Shown here: positions 39,084 to 48,321 of the stretch, piece after piece
How the letters are laid out: every line of letters begins with the position of its first letter
How positions within the stretch are numbered: the first letter of the stretch is position 1
Assembly: GCA_947625835.1 (NCBI GenBank)
Contig: CANQPY010000001.1
Location: 6,763 to 70,762 of the forward strand
Length of the DNA stretch: 64,000 nt
Reading direction: 5' to 3'
DNA from: an uncultured Clostridia bacterium
GTDB lineage: Bacteria > Bacillota > Clostridia > TANB77 > CAG-508
Translations under genes and position numbers: made by a program
Notes under the pieces: model-generated
Seen by the model: only the letters and a program-made list of their open reading frames with translations
Databases searched by the model: none
Told to the model about the DNA's origin: nothing

Positions 39084-39731
39084 ATGGACTACTTTGAATA
39101 TTATAATCCCAACCCTAAGGGCAAATTAGTTTCTGACTGTGTTAAGAGGTGTCTTTCAAAAGCAACAGGTGAAGCTTATATTTATATTCAAAGACAGCTC
39201 AATGCTATTCACAGGGAATTTCACACAACAGATTACCGTGCCAAGAAAGTGTGGTTAACATTTATAGAGAGACACGGATATGAGAAATTCCCAATTCCGG
39301 TTGAAAAAGGAAAGCCCAGAACTACAGTTGCAGATCTTGCAAGGCAACAGGCAGCAAATGTAAACGGGCTTGCTAACTACAGGATTATCTGCAGGTGTGC
39401 AAAACATCTAGTGTGCGTAGCTGAGGGTAAATATTGGGATACTTGGGATAGTGGCGACTGTTGTGTTTATACTTCCTGGCTTGTTCCTATTCATGAAGAA
39501 AAGAGAGTAACCGAGAATGACGAAATTACAAAGCTGGAATCAGAGATTGAAGCCAAAAGAAGGGCGCTTAAGGAACAGGAAAAAGAGCTTAAGAAGCTAG
39601 AGAGAAAACTTAACAAGCTTAAAGGTGTTCCTACTAATGCTCAACTTAGAAAAGATTTTGACGTTATTGAGCCCATTGGAAAATATGATCCTTATGGGTC
39701 TTGTTGGTTTAGGCCCAAGAAAACAGTATAA
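39084..39731 (+). CDS. Conserved phage hypothetical protein (possible Cys-His-Asp papain-like fold)
   Basis: 'NPNPKG..SDCVKR', 'HLVCV..G.YWDTWDSG'. Confidence 0.55.
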   Translation: MDYFEYYNPNPKGKLVSDCVKRCLSKATGEAYIYIQRQLNAIHREFHTTDYRAKKVWLTFIERHGYEKFPIPVEKGKPRTTVADLARQQAANVNGLANYRIICRCAKHLVCVAEGKYWDTWDSGDCCVYTSWLVPIHEEKRVTENDEITKLESEIEAKRRALKEQEKELKKLERKLNKLKGVPTNAQLRKDFDVIEPIGKYDPYGSCWFRPKKTV

Positions 39732-39890
39732 ATGAGGTAAAAAACTATGTATGATGATGAAAAAACTTATGAAAATGATGGAAAAGCTAAAGTAGGCGTA
39801 TATCCGGATGAGGTGGGCATGTGCCCGGAAAATTGTAGCTCCTGCAAGTGTTGCCCTTGGTTTATTCTTTGCTATGATGAGGATGAGTAA

Positions 39891-40451
39891 ATGAACTACT
39901 ACACTTCAGACACGCACTTCTTTCACAAAAATATCATCAGGCTGTGTAATAGGCCTTTTGGCAGTTTGGAAGAGATGCATCAAGAGATCATCAAGAGGTG
40001 GAATAGTAAGGTTAGCCCAGAAGACACAGTGTACTTCCTGGGCGATTTTGCGTTCACTTGTAAAGATATTCAGGGAATCAAAGATATCATCAGTCAGCTG
40101 AATGGGCAGAAAGTGATCATTAAGGGAAACCACGAGTTTGGCTTTGATGATTATAGTGTTAGAAAAGCTGGCAATGTCCTCTCCGTACAAAACTACCTTG
40201 AAATTAGCGATAATGGTAGAAAGGTTGTCCTATTCCATTATCCTATTGAAGACTGGGATGGCAGATGGAGAGGTTCTTATCATCTTTATGGTCACATTCA
40301 TAATAACCAACACTGTATAGCGCTTCCCGAACACATTCGTAGATTCAATGTTGGGGTCGATGTTCACAACTTCTATCCAGTTACATTGAACGAATTGATT
40401 GCCAGTCGCAAAGGCAAAGAGAATCAGTATTACGAGGGGGAGACCAAATGA
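39891..40451 (+). CDS. Calcineurin-like metallophosphoesterase
   Basis: 'SDTHF', 'LGD', 'GNHE', 'HYP', 'GHIH', 'NVGVD'. Confidence 0.9.
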   Translation: MNYYTSDTHFFHKNIIRLCNRPFGSLEEMHQEIIKRWNSKVSPEDTVYFLGDFAFTCKDIQGIKDIISQLNGQKVIIKGNHEFGFDDYSVRKAGNVLSVQNYLEISDNGRKVVLFHYPIEDWDGRWRGSYHLYGHIHNNQHCIALPEHIRRFNVGVDVHNFYPVTLNELIASRKGKENQYYEGETK

Positions 40452-41077
40452 TCATTAACCTTCATGACTACTACAGTATCTACAATGGTATCAAGCAGGT
40501 AGATCTCAAGCCTGGCATTACATTTGTTACTGGATGTAATGGCGCAGGTAAGTCTAGCTTCATTAGAGAAATTGTGGAGGTCTTCAAACAGCAAAACCTA
40601 AAATACCAACTTCTTGACTGCAATAAAGATTTTCATATTCAGGATGTTGATAGCCTTAGTAAGAGATATAGTGTTGAAGACCTTGTTAAAGGGGCTTTTA
40701 GTAGTGAGCATGAGCATTATGAAAACATGTTCATGTCGTGGGTCAGTAACTGCAGGTATGGAGACAACTATAGAGGACAGGAAGTAGGAATCTTTATTGA
40801 TGGTCTGGATAGTGGCGGAGATGTAATCTTCTATAAAAATCACATGGAATTGTTTAAGCTCATGGAAGAAGATTGCAGATCAAGAGGAATCACCCTTTAT
40901 TTGATCATTAGCTGCAATAACTTTTACTATCTCTCTCACGGCTGTGGTGCAAACGCAAGAACTTTGTTCTTACCTCAATTCAAAGAATATGAACATCCTG
41001 TGTATAGAGCAGATGAATTTGAGATATATGTACAAAACATCACTAATTGTGCAAAAGCTAGAGGGTTTAAATTATGA
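40448..41077 (+). CDS. ABC/AAA-type ATPase
   Basis: Walker A 'GCNGAGKS'; 'FIDGLDSG'. Confidence 0.7.
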   Translation: MIINLHDYYSIYNGIKQVDLKPGITFVTGCNGAGKSSFIREIVEVFKQQNLKYQLLDCNKDFHIQDVDSLSKRYSVEDLVKGAFSSEHEHYENMFMSWVSNCRYGDNYRGQEVGIFIDGLDSGGDVIFYKNHMELFKLMEEDCRSRGITLYLIISCNNFYYLSHGCGANARTLFLPQFKEYEHPVYRADEFEIYVQNITNCAKARGFKL

Positions 41078-41268
41078 GTTTGTTTGAATGGTTTAAGAAT
41101 ATTTTTCTTCCTAACGCTTCAGATGGAACACTAGCGATTCTTTTTTATCTTTATGATAAATACTATGGAGATAGGAAACTAAGCTGTGAGGAGATAGATT
41201 TTATTCGGGAGGAAATGCATTTAATTAAAACACTTCCTTACAAGGGCAATGATTTATGGAAGAATTAG
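41074..41268 (+). CDS. Hypothetical protein
   Basis: Short ORF with coupled start/stop overlaps. Confidence 0.45.
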   Translation: MSLFEWFKNIFLPNASDGTLAILFYLYDKYYGDRKLSCEEIDFIREEMHLIKTLPYKGNDLWKN

Positions 41269-41735
41269 ACGAAGAGTTGTTATATGAAGAACTAATGTAT
41301 GAAATGGCAAATGTCAGGAGAGATAGACGAAATGACTTCATGTTAATGGCTATTAATCCTGATTCGAACAGAGTTGGAGATCCTTATTTCAAGGTGTATA
41401 ATGCAGACAGTTGGAGAAAGGCTACTAAAGTAGCGAGATTAGCATTTTTTGAACCTAAACTAATTATTCATAAAAGCGAGGGGGTGCAACCCTGGAAAAC
41501 ATTGACAAAAAGAGATATTGAAGATATAGAAGATTTCCTTGACTCCCCAGCACGTGGAGATATAAAAGCTACCGTGTGGGATGTACTTAAATACAGGTGG
41601 AATGATGAGTATGGGTTCTATATGAGATCTTTTGCGGATTATATTAGGGGAGAATATAATGAAGAGTATGAAGATGATCCTTCATATGTTCCCTCCTATC
41701 TTGATCCCCCGGATTACAGAAAATTAGCGAGGTGA
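41256..41735 (+). CDS. Hypothetical protein with acidic leader ending in LxYE-MA
   Basis: 'ELMYEMANV...PYFKVYN...ARL.F..P....H'; ends in 'PPDYRKL'. Confidence 0.55.
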   Translation: MEELDEELLYEELMYEMANVRRDRRNDFMLMAINPDSNRVGDPYFKVYNADSWRKATKVARLAFFEPKLIIHKSEGVQPWKTLTKRDIEDIEDFLDSPARGDIKATVWDVLKYRWNDEYGFYMRSFADYIRGEYNEEYEDDPSYVPSYLDPPDYRKLAR

Positions 41736-41741
41736 TACTTA

Positions 41742-42044
41742 ATGTATTACAAGAGCCCTGAGCAGGTAAAAGAAGAATATGGCTCCATAAATAGCATGTG
41801 TCTAGAGATTTGCAACTGCTATACAGCTGTTCCTGATGACTACTGTACAGGTGGTTGCCTCACTCTTGATAAAATGAAAACAACTGGATTTGGCCAACTT
41901 GCCAATATTTATGCCAAACATGATGGTAACCTTTTGAAAGTTTTGAGGTATATAAAAACTACAAAGAAAGGAATAAAATCCCAACATATAACGCTTGAAA
42001 AATTGTATAACCATATAGAGAACAACAAAAAAGAGGCAAATTAA
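41742..42044 (+). CDS. Hypothetical protein
   Basis: ORF with RBS, Cys cluster. Confidence 0.5.
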   Translation: MYYKSPEQVKEEYGSINSMCLEICNCYTAVPDDYCTGGCLTLDKMKTTGFGQLANIYAKHDGNLLKVLRYIKTTKKGIKSQHITLEKLYNHIENNKKEAN

Positions 42045-42794
42045 ATGAATCTAATTAGTATTAACCCACGCAATCTTTGGAAAGAGATGTATGACCAACC
42101 ACAAGTTATGTTACTTACCCATTTATTTGACAGATACCCAGATGAATATGGTAAATTAGCTTTGGAACACCCAGAAGTATATAAAATCCAAGATAACAGC
42201 ATTATAGAAATGGGTAGTACATTTAAGATTGATCATATGGTAGAGGTTGCGGATAAATACCATACACAAGAACTAATTTTGCCGGATGGCTTTCCCAGTG
42301 GTCCGCGCACGGTACAATTAGTAGAAGAAGCACTTAATTGGATGGTAAAACATGGTAGAATTGGTGATTATAAGTTAATGGGCGTTTGCCATGGTGAGAA
42401 CATTAAAGATTTTACCACCACATTTAACTATTTAAATTCCATCAAAGAAATTGATGTAATTGGTATTCCCAAAGTACTTCAAAGATGGTTACCTACAAAG
42501 AGTAGAGATGAATTAGCCCCTATTTTTACTAAAACAAATAAGGAACTTCATTTTCTTGGTGAATGGCTTTCACTTGAAAATCTTATCAAGATGCCTAAGG
42601 AATTAAAAAATAAAGTTAGAAGTTGCGATACTTGCCTTCCATGCCTATCTATCGTGGAAAATAAATCAATCTTTGATGATAGAGATGGTACGCTTGATTT
42701 GGAAAAGGAATACCCAGAAATCACTCTTGATTTATATAATTCAGCACTAGGCAACTATACTGTTTTTAGTAAAATCCATGATATTGAGGGATAA
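42045..42794 (+). CDS. TGT/DpdA-like TIM-barrel protein (candidate 7-deazaguanine DNA transglycosylase)
   Basis: 'IQDNSIIEMG', 'LILPD', 'MGVCHG', 'HFLG', 'VRSCDT' follow the TGT barrel pattern; near queD, queE and folE. Confidence 0.65.
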   Translation: MNLISINPRNLWKEMYDQPQVMLLTHLFDRYPDEYGKLALEHPEVYKIQDNSIIEMGSTFKIDHMVEVADKYHTQELILPDGFPSGPRTVQLVEEALNWMVKHGRIGDYKLMGVCHGENIKDFTTTFNYLNSIKEIDVIGIPKVLQRWLPTKSRDELAPIFTKTNKELHFLGEWLSLENLIKMPKELKNKVRSCDTCLPCLSIVENKSIFDDRDGTLDLEKEYPEITLDLYNSALGNYTVFSKIHDIEG

Positions 42795-43172
42795 ATGAAT
42801 ATTTTCTATACCCATGTAAACCAAACAGATCCTTTATTGCTTGAAAAAGCAAAAATAGGTGAATTTTATACCTATCAAATATTTATTTACGGGAATGAAG
42901 GTCCTGTACCTCATTTTCATTTTGAAGGTTTAGATGGTACAATTAGTGGAGCTATTAGATTAGATAAACCTGAATATTTTAAACACACAGGATCTGGTAG
43001 TGATAAGATTAGTATTCCTGTATTTTTAGATTGGATTAGATCCCCTCATTGGCGTATGGGTAAGCATGGGTTAACAAATTATCAACTTATGTTATATTAT
43101 TGGAATGATAGTAACCCAGATTACAAAATAGATGAAACTATGAATATGCCAAACTATGAAGGATTGAGGTAA
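42795..43172 (+). CDS. DUF4160-like protein
   Basis: 'LLEKAKIG...IYGNEGPVPHFH...IRLDKPEYF.H'; ends in 'MPNYEGL'. Confidence 0.5.
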   Translation: MNIFYTHVNQTDPLLLEKAKIGEFYTYQIFIYGNEGPVPHFHFEGLDGTISGAIRLDKPEYFKHTGSGSDKISIPVFLDWIRSPHWRMGKHGLTNYQLMLYYWNDSNPDYKIDETMNMPNYEGLR

Positions 43173-43177
43173 ATTAG

Positions 43178-43540
43178 ATGATAAACTTATTAGAACATAA
43201 AGAAATTCAAAAGTTTCTATATGACAACAACCTTGAAGTACATTTTGATGTTGTTAAAGATGAAGAAAAGTTCCCACGTATGTGGCGTTGTTGGTTTTAC
43301 CATTCAAAGTTAATGCGCCCCCATCTAATGTATGATGATGGTGCGATGGTTGGCAACTACGGCAGAGGCAGCACGACAGTAGAAGCTTTCAATGGCTTGT
43401 GCTTTAAGCTATCTGGTAAACTTCTTATTTTTGATACTGCTTCGGAACGGGAAAGAGTTCAATTTCCCATTATCATTCCAGAGCTTACTTATGAAGAAAA
43501 GCAACAATTGAGAAATAGCGTTATTGGGGAGAGTAGATAA
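43178..43540 (+). CDS. Hypothetical protein
   Basis: ORF with GAGG RBS. Confidence 0.55.
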   Translation: MINLLEHKEIQKFLYDNNLEVHFDVVKDEEKFPRMWRCWFYHSKLMRPHLMYDDGAMVGNYGRGSTTVEAFNGLCFKLSGKLLIFDTASERERVQFPIIIPELTYEEKQQLRNSVIGESR

Positions 43541-44098
43541 ATGGTAATTAGAAAATTATATAGAATTGAATCAGCACATACAGTAAGAAATGCAGTGTCA
43601 CAGAGATGTTCAGAAAATTATCACGGACATAGCGGTGTTATTGAAGTGTTTCTAAAATCAAACCACCTTGATAATGCGGGAATGATTTATGATTTTGGTG
43701 CATTCAAAAACACTATTGGTTCTCTTATAGATATGTTTGACCACAGTGTTCATCTTTGGAAAGATGATGGTCCTGAATGTATTGAATTTTTCAAGAAATA
43801 TAATAAAAGATGGATTATGCTCCCTTGTAATCCTACTGCAGAAAATTATTGTATTTTATTTAGAGATCTTATTAATGAAGTCCTTTTAGAGCTTCATATG
43901 CTAAATAATTTTCAAAATGGAGAAGGTGCAGTATATTGCAGTGGAGTCAGATATCATGAAACTACTACTGGATATGCTGAAAGTGATGAAAGTGATCCTG
44001 TATTATTTCATTTCAAGGATGTTGAATTTTCACATCAAACGCTTATTGAATGTTCTCCAGAAATTTCCTATATAATTAGTCTGGCTAAGGATCTTTAA
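43541..44098 (+). CDS. queD: 6-carboxy-5,6,7,8-tetrahydropterin synthase
   Basis: 'SAH', 'C..YHGHS', 'GMIYDFG', 'FDH', 'NPTAEN', 'ET'. Confidence 0.9.
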   Translation: MVIRKLYRIESAHTVRNAVSQRCSENYHGHSGVIEVFLKSNHLDNAGMIYDFGAFKNTIGSLIDMFDHSVHLWKDDGPECIEFFKKYNKRWIMLPCNPTAENYCILFRDLINEVLLELHMLNNFQNGEGAVYCSGVRYHETTTGYAESDESDPVLFHFKDVEFSHQTLIECSPEISYIISLAKDL

Positions 44099-44167
44099 TT
44101 GAATGTTTAATTATATAAACTAAGCTTTGAGGACAGTATAATAGAATTATAAATCAGAGGTTAACGA

Positions 44168-44560
44168 ATGAGCAGTGAATTAGTGTTTAGAAAAGGCAAT
44201 GCAGAACTACTAAGCTATGTAGGAAGCAGTAAAATATATGAGGCTTTAAATAATTATGCGCCATATGATAAGTGGTCTTCAGTACCAGAAAATGCTTTAA
44301 GATGGGGGTTGGAAAACCTACAAGAAAAAGAAGAATACTTTAATTCCCAAATAACCAAATATAAGGAAGCCCTCAAATATTTTAAAGAATCTGAAGATAT
44401 ATATAATGCTCTCGATAATATAGAGGAAATTGAAGGTGAATTAGAAGAAGTAACCACAGCAATTACCGAACTGAAACTAATAAAAGCAATTCAAGATTAT
44501 TTACAGTGCGATGATGATGGGAAAGAAGTGAATTTTCCTTTAGAGTGGATGGTATGTTGA
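44168..44560 (+). CDS. Hypothetical coiled-coil protein
   Basis: ORF with RBS. Confidence 0.55.
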   Translation: MSSELVFRKGNAELLSYVGSSKIYEALNNYAPYDKWSSVPENALRWGLENLQEKEEYFNSQITKYKEALKYFKESEDIYNALDNIEEIEGELEEVTTAITELKLIKAIQDYLQCDDDGKEVNFPLEWMVC

Positions 44561-44561
44561 A

Positions 44562-44921
44562 ATGGACAGAATATTCGTAAGTTGGGATCAAGTAGAACAA
44601 TACATAGCAGACTTAAAAGAGCTTAATAACAAGCAGCACTGGGCAGGTGTGTATGGTATTCCAAGAGGTGGGCTTGTTCTTGCAGTTATGATTTCTCATA
44701 GATTACATATCCCATTTTTAGGTGCCCCATGCGAAGGTTGCCTTATTGTAGATGATATTGCTGATACAGGTAGAAGTTTATATCATTACACAGAGAATGA
44801 AACTCAACATAACAAATACTATCTTAGTACTATGTACTACCAGGAGAGAAGTATTGTAGAGCCTGATTATTGGTACTTACAAAAGCATGATAATTGGATT
44901 GTATTCCCGTGGGAGGAGTAA
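44562..44921 (+). CDS. Purine phosphoribosyltransferase (Gpt-like)
   Basis: 'GIPRGGL', PRPP loop 'LIVDDIADTG', 'WIVFPWE'. Confidence 0.9.
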   Translation: MDRIFVSWDQVEQYIADLKELNNKQHWAGVYGIPRGGLVLAVMISHRLHIPFLGAPCEGCLIVDDIADTGRSLYHYTENETQHNKYYLSTMYYQERSIVEPDYWYLQKHDNWIVFPWEE

Positions 44922-44923
44922 AT

Positions 44924-45118
44924 ATGAGAATTTTAGATAATACAAACGATAAGTTTGAGAGAGATTTTGAATTAAGGATGTTAGAAGGCAATATAAACAG
45001 AATCTGTGTCTCAGATGATCCTCTCGAAGTTACTAGAATGGTAGGATTTGCATGCGATAGAATTAACATGTTGGCTCAGTACAGGATGTTGCAACTACAG
45101 GAAAGGGAGGTTAAATAA
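44924..45118 (+). CDS. Hypothetical protein
   Basis: GGAGGAG RBS before ATG 44924. Confidence 0.5.
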   Translation: MRILDNTNDKFERDFELRMLEGNINRICVSDDPLEVTRMVGFACDRINMLAQYRMLQLQEREVK

Positions 45119-45120
45119 AA

Positions 45121-45819
45121 ATGCTAATCAGTGAAATTTTTTCTAGTATTGATGGAGAAGCAAAAAGGGCAGGTGAACTTGCAACTTTTGTAAGAACCAT
45201 CGGATGCAATCTCAAATGTGAATATTGCGATTCAAAATATACCTGGATAAAAGAGCCCACTAGTAAAGAGATGACAGTGGCTGAAATTGTAAAGGAATGC
45301 AAGAAACTAGGCAATCATAATATTACATTTACTGGGGGTGAGCCTCTCATCCAGAAAGATGCTGATGAACTCATTATGAGATTGGCAGAAGAAGGGTTTG
45401 ATGTTAGTATTGAAACAAATGGCGCTGTGGATTTTACTACACGTCCTTGGTTTAAACCAGATGGTGAGGTAGAATATGATAGTCTCTTTTCTCATATTTG
45501 GGTATGTGCTGACTATAAAGGCTATGCAAGTGATATGACCTCCTACATGCTGTCATTTTCAAAATTTGCCCAACTTCGTTCAAATGATGTTCTTAAATTT
45601 GTTGTAGGATCCCAGGAAGATCTTGAACTTGCATTTGAAGTAACCAAATATATTAGGGAACACGGCTGTAATTGTTATGTTTATTTATCTCCAGTATTTG
45701 AACAAATTAAACCTGTAGAGATTGTAGATTTTATGAAGGAACATAATATGCAGGGTAAAATTAGAGTTCAACTCCAGCTACATAAAATCATTTGGGATCC
45801 TCAACTTAGAGGAGTATGA
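45121..45819 (+). CDS. queE: 7-carboxy-7-deazaguanine synthase (radical SAM)
   Basis: 'EIFSSIDGE', CxxxCxxC, 'TGGEP', 'IETNG', 'QLHK'. Confidence 0.93.
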   Translation: MLISEIFSSIDGEAKRAGELATFVRTIGCNLKCEYCDSKYTWIKEPTSKEMTVAEIVKECKKLGNHNITFTGGEPLIQKDADELIMRLAEEGFDVSIETNGAVDFTTRPWFKPDGEVEYDSLFSHIWVCADYKGYASDMTSYMLSFSKFAQLRSNDVLKFVVGSQEDLELAFEVTKYIREHGCNCYVYLSPVFEQIKPVEIVDFMKEHNMQGKIRVQLQLHKIIWDPQLRGV

Positions 45820-45858
45820 TATTGCAAGGGCAATTGCAGAGAATATGGAGGTAAATAA

Positions 45859-46686
45859 ATGCTAAAGACAAACGATAAAGAATTAATTGAATTTGTCAAG
45901 GAAAGATATTTTAAGAGGTTCCCAAATCATACTCTAAAACAATTTAAGAGTGATTACGCACAATGGGAACTGATGCCTGTATTTAAAGCATGTGAAAATT
46001 ATTACGAAATCAATACAGATTATTCTGATAGATATAAATTAGCAGATGTTGAGGGTAAAGATGTTGTCCCTAAGATTCCAGACTTAACCCCAGAGGTTCA
46101 CTGGATTATGAGAATATCAACTCAATACTTCTTGACCAAGGCATTTGAGGCAATGAAAATTGATCTGGATGATCCTAACCTTAAAGAAGAAGTAGTTGGT
46201 AAAGGTACACCTGGACGAGTAGCAAAGATTTGGACTGGGAATGACCCTACAGATACAACTGAACTTTTAAGTGGAAGGTATAATAAGGAACCATATATTG
46301 CAACTTTCCCTAATGAAGGTAAATCAGAAATTATTACTAAAGAAGTAGATTTAACAGCAGTATGCTCACACCATTTTCTTCCATTTACTTCACTTGAAGG
46401 TGGTAAATGTATTATTAAATATAAACCAGATAAATTTATCCTTGGTATTTCTAAACTTGGTAGGTGGGTTCATTGGGCAGCAACACGTGCATGGCTTCAA
46501 GAAGATCTAACAAAATATATTGGAAAGGGTCTTTGTAGAATCACAGGTACAAAAGATGTTTATGTAAGACTTGAAAATATCCAGCACTCTTGCGAGAGAT
46601 ATAGAGGTGCACATCAATACCAGGGTAATTTAACCACAGAATTTAAGTCAGGAATTTTTGAAGGAAATCCAGATTTGTGTAAGTAA
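45859..46686 (+). CDS. folE: GTP cyclohydrolase I
   Basis: 'TPGRVAK', 'CSHHFLPF', 'GISKL', 'QE', 'HSC..RG'. Confidence 0.92.
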   Translation: MLKTNDKELIEFVKERYFKRFPNHTLKQFKSDYAQWELMPVFKACENYYEINTDYSDRYKLADVEGKDVVPKIPDLTPEVHWIMRISTQYFLTKAFEAMKIDLDDPNLKEEVVGKGTPGRVAKIWTGNDPTDTTELLSGRYNKEPYIATFPNEGKSEIITKEVDLTAVCSHHFLPFTSLEGGKCIIKYKPDKFILGISKLGRWVHWAATRAWLQEDLTKYIGKGLCRITGTKDVYVRLENIQHSCERYRGAHQYQGNLTTEFKSGIFEGNPDLCK

Positions 46687-46702
46687 TATAAAATTAATTT
46701 TT

Positions 46703-46750
46703 AAGGATCAGCTAGAAATAGTTGATCCTTTCTCTTGCTTATATTATAAT
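46703..46750 (+). promoter_or_regulatory. Terminator hairpin overlapping an early promoter
   Basis: AAGGATCAGCTA-GAAA-TAGTTGATCCTT hairpin; its 3' arm is the -35 of TTGATC-N17-TATAAT. Confidence 0.7.
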
Positions 46751-46776
46751 ATTGGTAAGAATAAATTGATAAAAAG

Positions 46777-47232
46777 GTGAAATGGATGAAAAGAACAAAT
46801 TTGAATCTTAAAAGAGCCAACATTGCTTGTGAATCGGGTGCTTATGATGGTTATGAATGGTTAAAAGAACAAGTTCTTGCAGATGCAGAATTAAAAGACC
46901 TTACAAAAGATCTTGTAAATTTTCTGCTTTATGAGGCAAATATAGATAAGGAAGCACTTAAAAATTGGATCAATGCAGAAAAACACAATGAGCATTTTGG
47001 TAGGGATAGAAATAAAGCCCTTAGTGATAAGGACTATCTTATGCCTGAATTTATTGCTCTTTTCAATATTGAAGATGAAGCAAATGAAGCAAGAGAAGCC
47101 CTTAGAAAAATTTGGGAGCTCAGCTTTAAGAATGCTGGGTGCAGATGGCATTGCAGAGCAGATTGGGCCATTAATTCCCAGCTTGCAAGTGCCATGAAAT
47201 CAAAGAGATACCAGAAAAAATATGTAGCTTAA
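46777..47232 (+). CDS. Hypothetical protein
   Basis: ORF after an early promoter. Confidence 0.6.
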   Translation: MKWMKRTNLNLKRANIACESGAYDGYEWLKEQVLADAELKDLTKDLVNFLLYEANIDKEALKNWINAEKHNEHFGRDRNKALSDKDYLMPEFIALFNIEDEANEAREALRKIWELSFKNAGCRWHCRADWAINSQLASAMKSKRYQKKYVA

Positions 47233-47259
47233 TACTAATTAATTTTGATTAAATATTAC

Positions 47260-47290
47260 GGGAAGTCTTATTAAGGACTTCCCATTTTTC
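47260..47290 (+). terminator. Intrinsic terminator
   Basis: GGGAAGTCTT...AGGACTTCCC followed by ATTTTT. Confidence 0.75.
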
Positions 47291-47336
47291 TCTCATTTTC
47301 AATTATATAAAATTGTATATACTATTGGAGGTACAT

Positions 47337-47876
47337 ATGTTAAAAAGCGCAAATTATATATACGAAAATAATATTATAGCAGATGAAACAAACACAACCA
47401 AACAGCATTGTAAAAAAGCTCAAGTTGGGGTAGATTGTACATTAAAAGAAGTGTACAAAATTAAAGGATTTGGTAGAATATATAGTGACAAATCTGTCAT
47501 TCCAGATTATACACTGGTAGATAAAATAAGTATTGGTTGTGATAAAACAGGTTGGATTCTTGACCAAGGTACATACATTGTAAAACTAAACGAGGGGGTT
47601 CAATTTGGTCCAAACGATACAGGTTGGTTCTATCAAAGAAGTTCCCTAAACAGAAGTGGTGCAGAAATAATTTCTAGTGTTTGGGATCCTGGATTTACAA
47701 CACAATTTGGGGATAAAATTGAAGCACCCACTCTTCGACTTAATGTACATGCAGATAAAATTATAATTGAAGAAAATGCCAGAATTGCCCAATTAGTAGT
47801 ATTTGAAAACGAAGATACAACCCAATATGATGGACAATTCCAAGGTGGAAGAACTAAAAGTAAATTGGAGGATTAA
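47337..47876 (+). CDS. Trimeric dUTPase / dCTP deaminase family protein
   Basis: 'RSSLNRSG', 'WDPGF', 'RIAQLV', 'YDGQFQ'. Confidence 0.85.
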   Translation: MLKSANYIYENNIIADETNTTKQHCKKAQVGVDCTLKEVYKIKGFGRIYSDKSVIPDYTLVDKISIGCDKTGWILDQGTYIVKLNEGVQFGPNDTGWFYQRSSLNRSGAEIISSVWDPGFTTQFGDKIEAPTLRLNVHADKIIIEENARIAQLVVFENEDTTQYDGQFQGGRTKSKLED

Positions 47877-47877
47877 C

Positions 47878-48321
47878 ATGTTTGAAGGTGACACAGGTTG
47901 GCCACAAGATAATAATGTTGCAGATTTAACAGAACTTAAAAATGAAATGAACAAAAAGGACAATAAACAAACCGTAAAAAATATTGTAAATAAAAAATTG
48001 ACAATAACTGACAAACCAATAAGCTATGATGAAATTTTTAGTCCAGAAGATATAGTGGGCCATCCTGAAATGATAAATCACCCAAAACATTATGGTGGTG
48101 AAGAAAACCCATATGAAGCAATAAAAATTATAGAAGCACTGAATCTAAACTTTAATCTGGGGAATTGCCTTAAATATATATGCAGATTAGGGAAAAAACC
48201 AAGCGGCAATCTTTCAAACGATGAAAAAACGCTAGAGGACTTAAAGAAAGCCGCATGGTATATGCAAAGAGAAGTTGAAAGATTCCAAAAAGAATTGGAG
48301 GCAAAGAAGAAACAATGTTAA
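47878..48321 (+). CDS. DUF3310 protein
   Basis: 'INHPKHY', 'FNLGNCLKYICR.GKK', 'EDLKKAAWY'. Confidence 0.85.
   Translation: MFEGDTGWPQDNNVADLTELKNEMNKKDNKQTVKNIVNKKLTITDKPISYDEIFSPEDIVGHPEMINHPKHYGGEENPYEAIKIIEALNLNFNLGNCLKYICRLGKKPSGNLSNDEKTLEDLKKAAWYMQREVERFQKELEAKKKQC

Noticed and set aside
39084-41077. Apparently higher GC and C-ending codons suggesting horizontal acquisition
   Set aside because: This is an impression by eye only; no boundary repeats or mobility gene were found and the composition cannot be quantified here.
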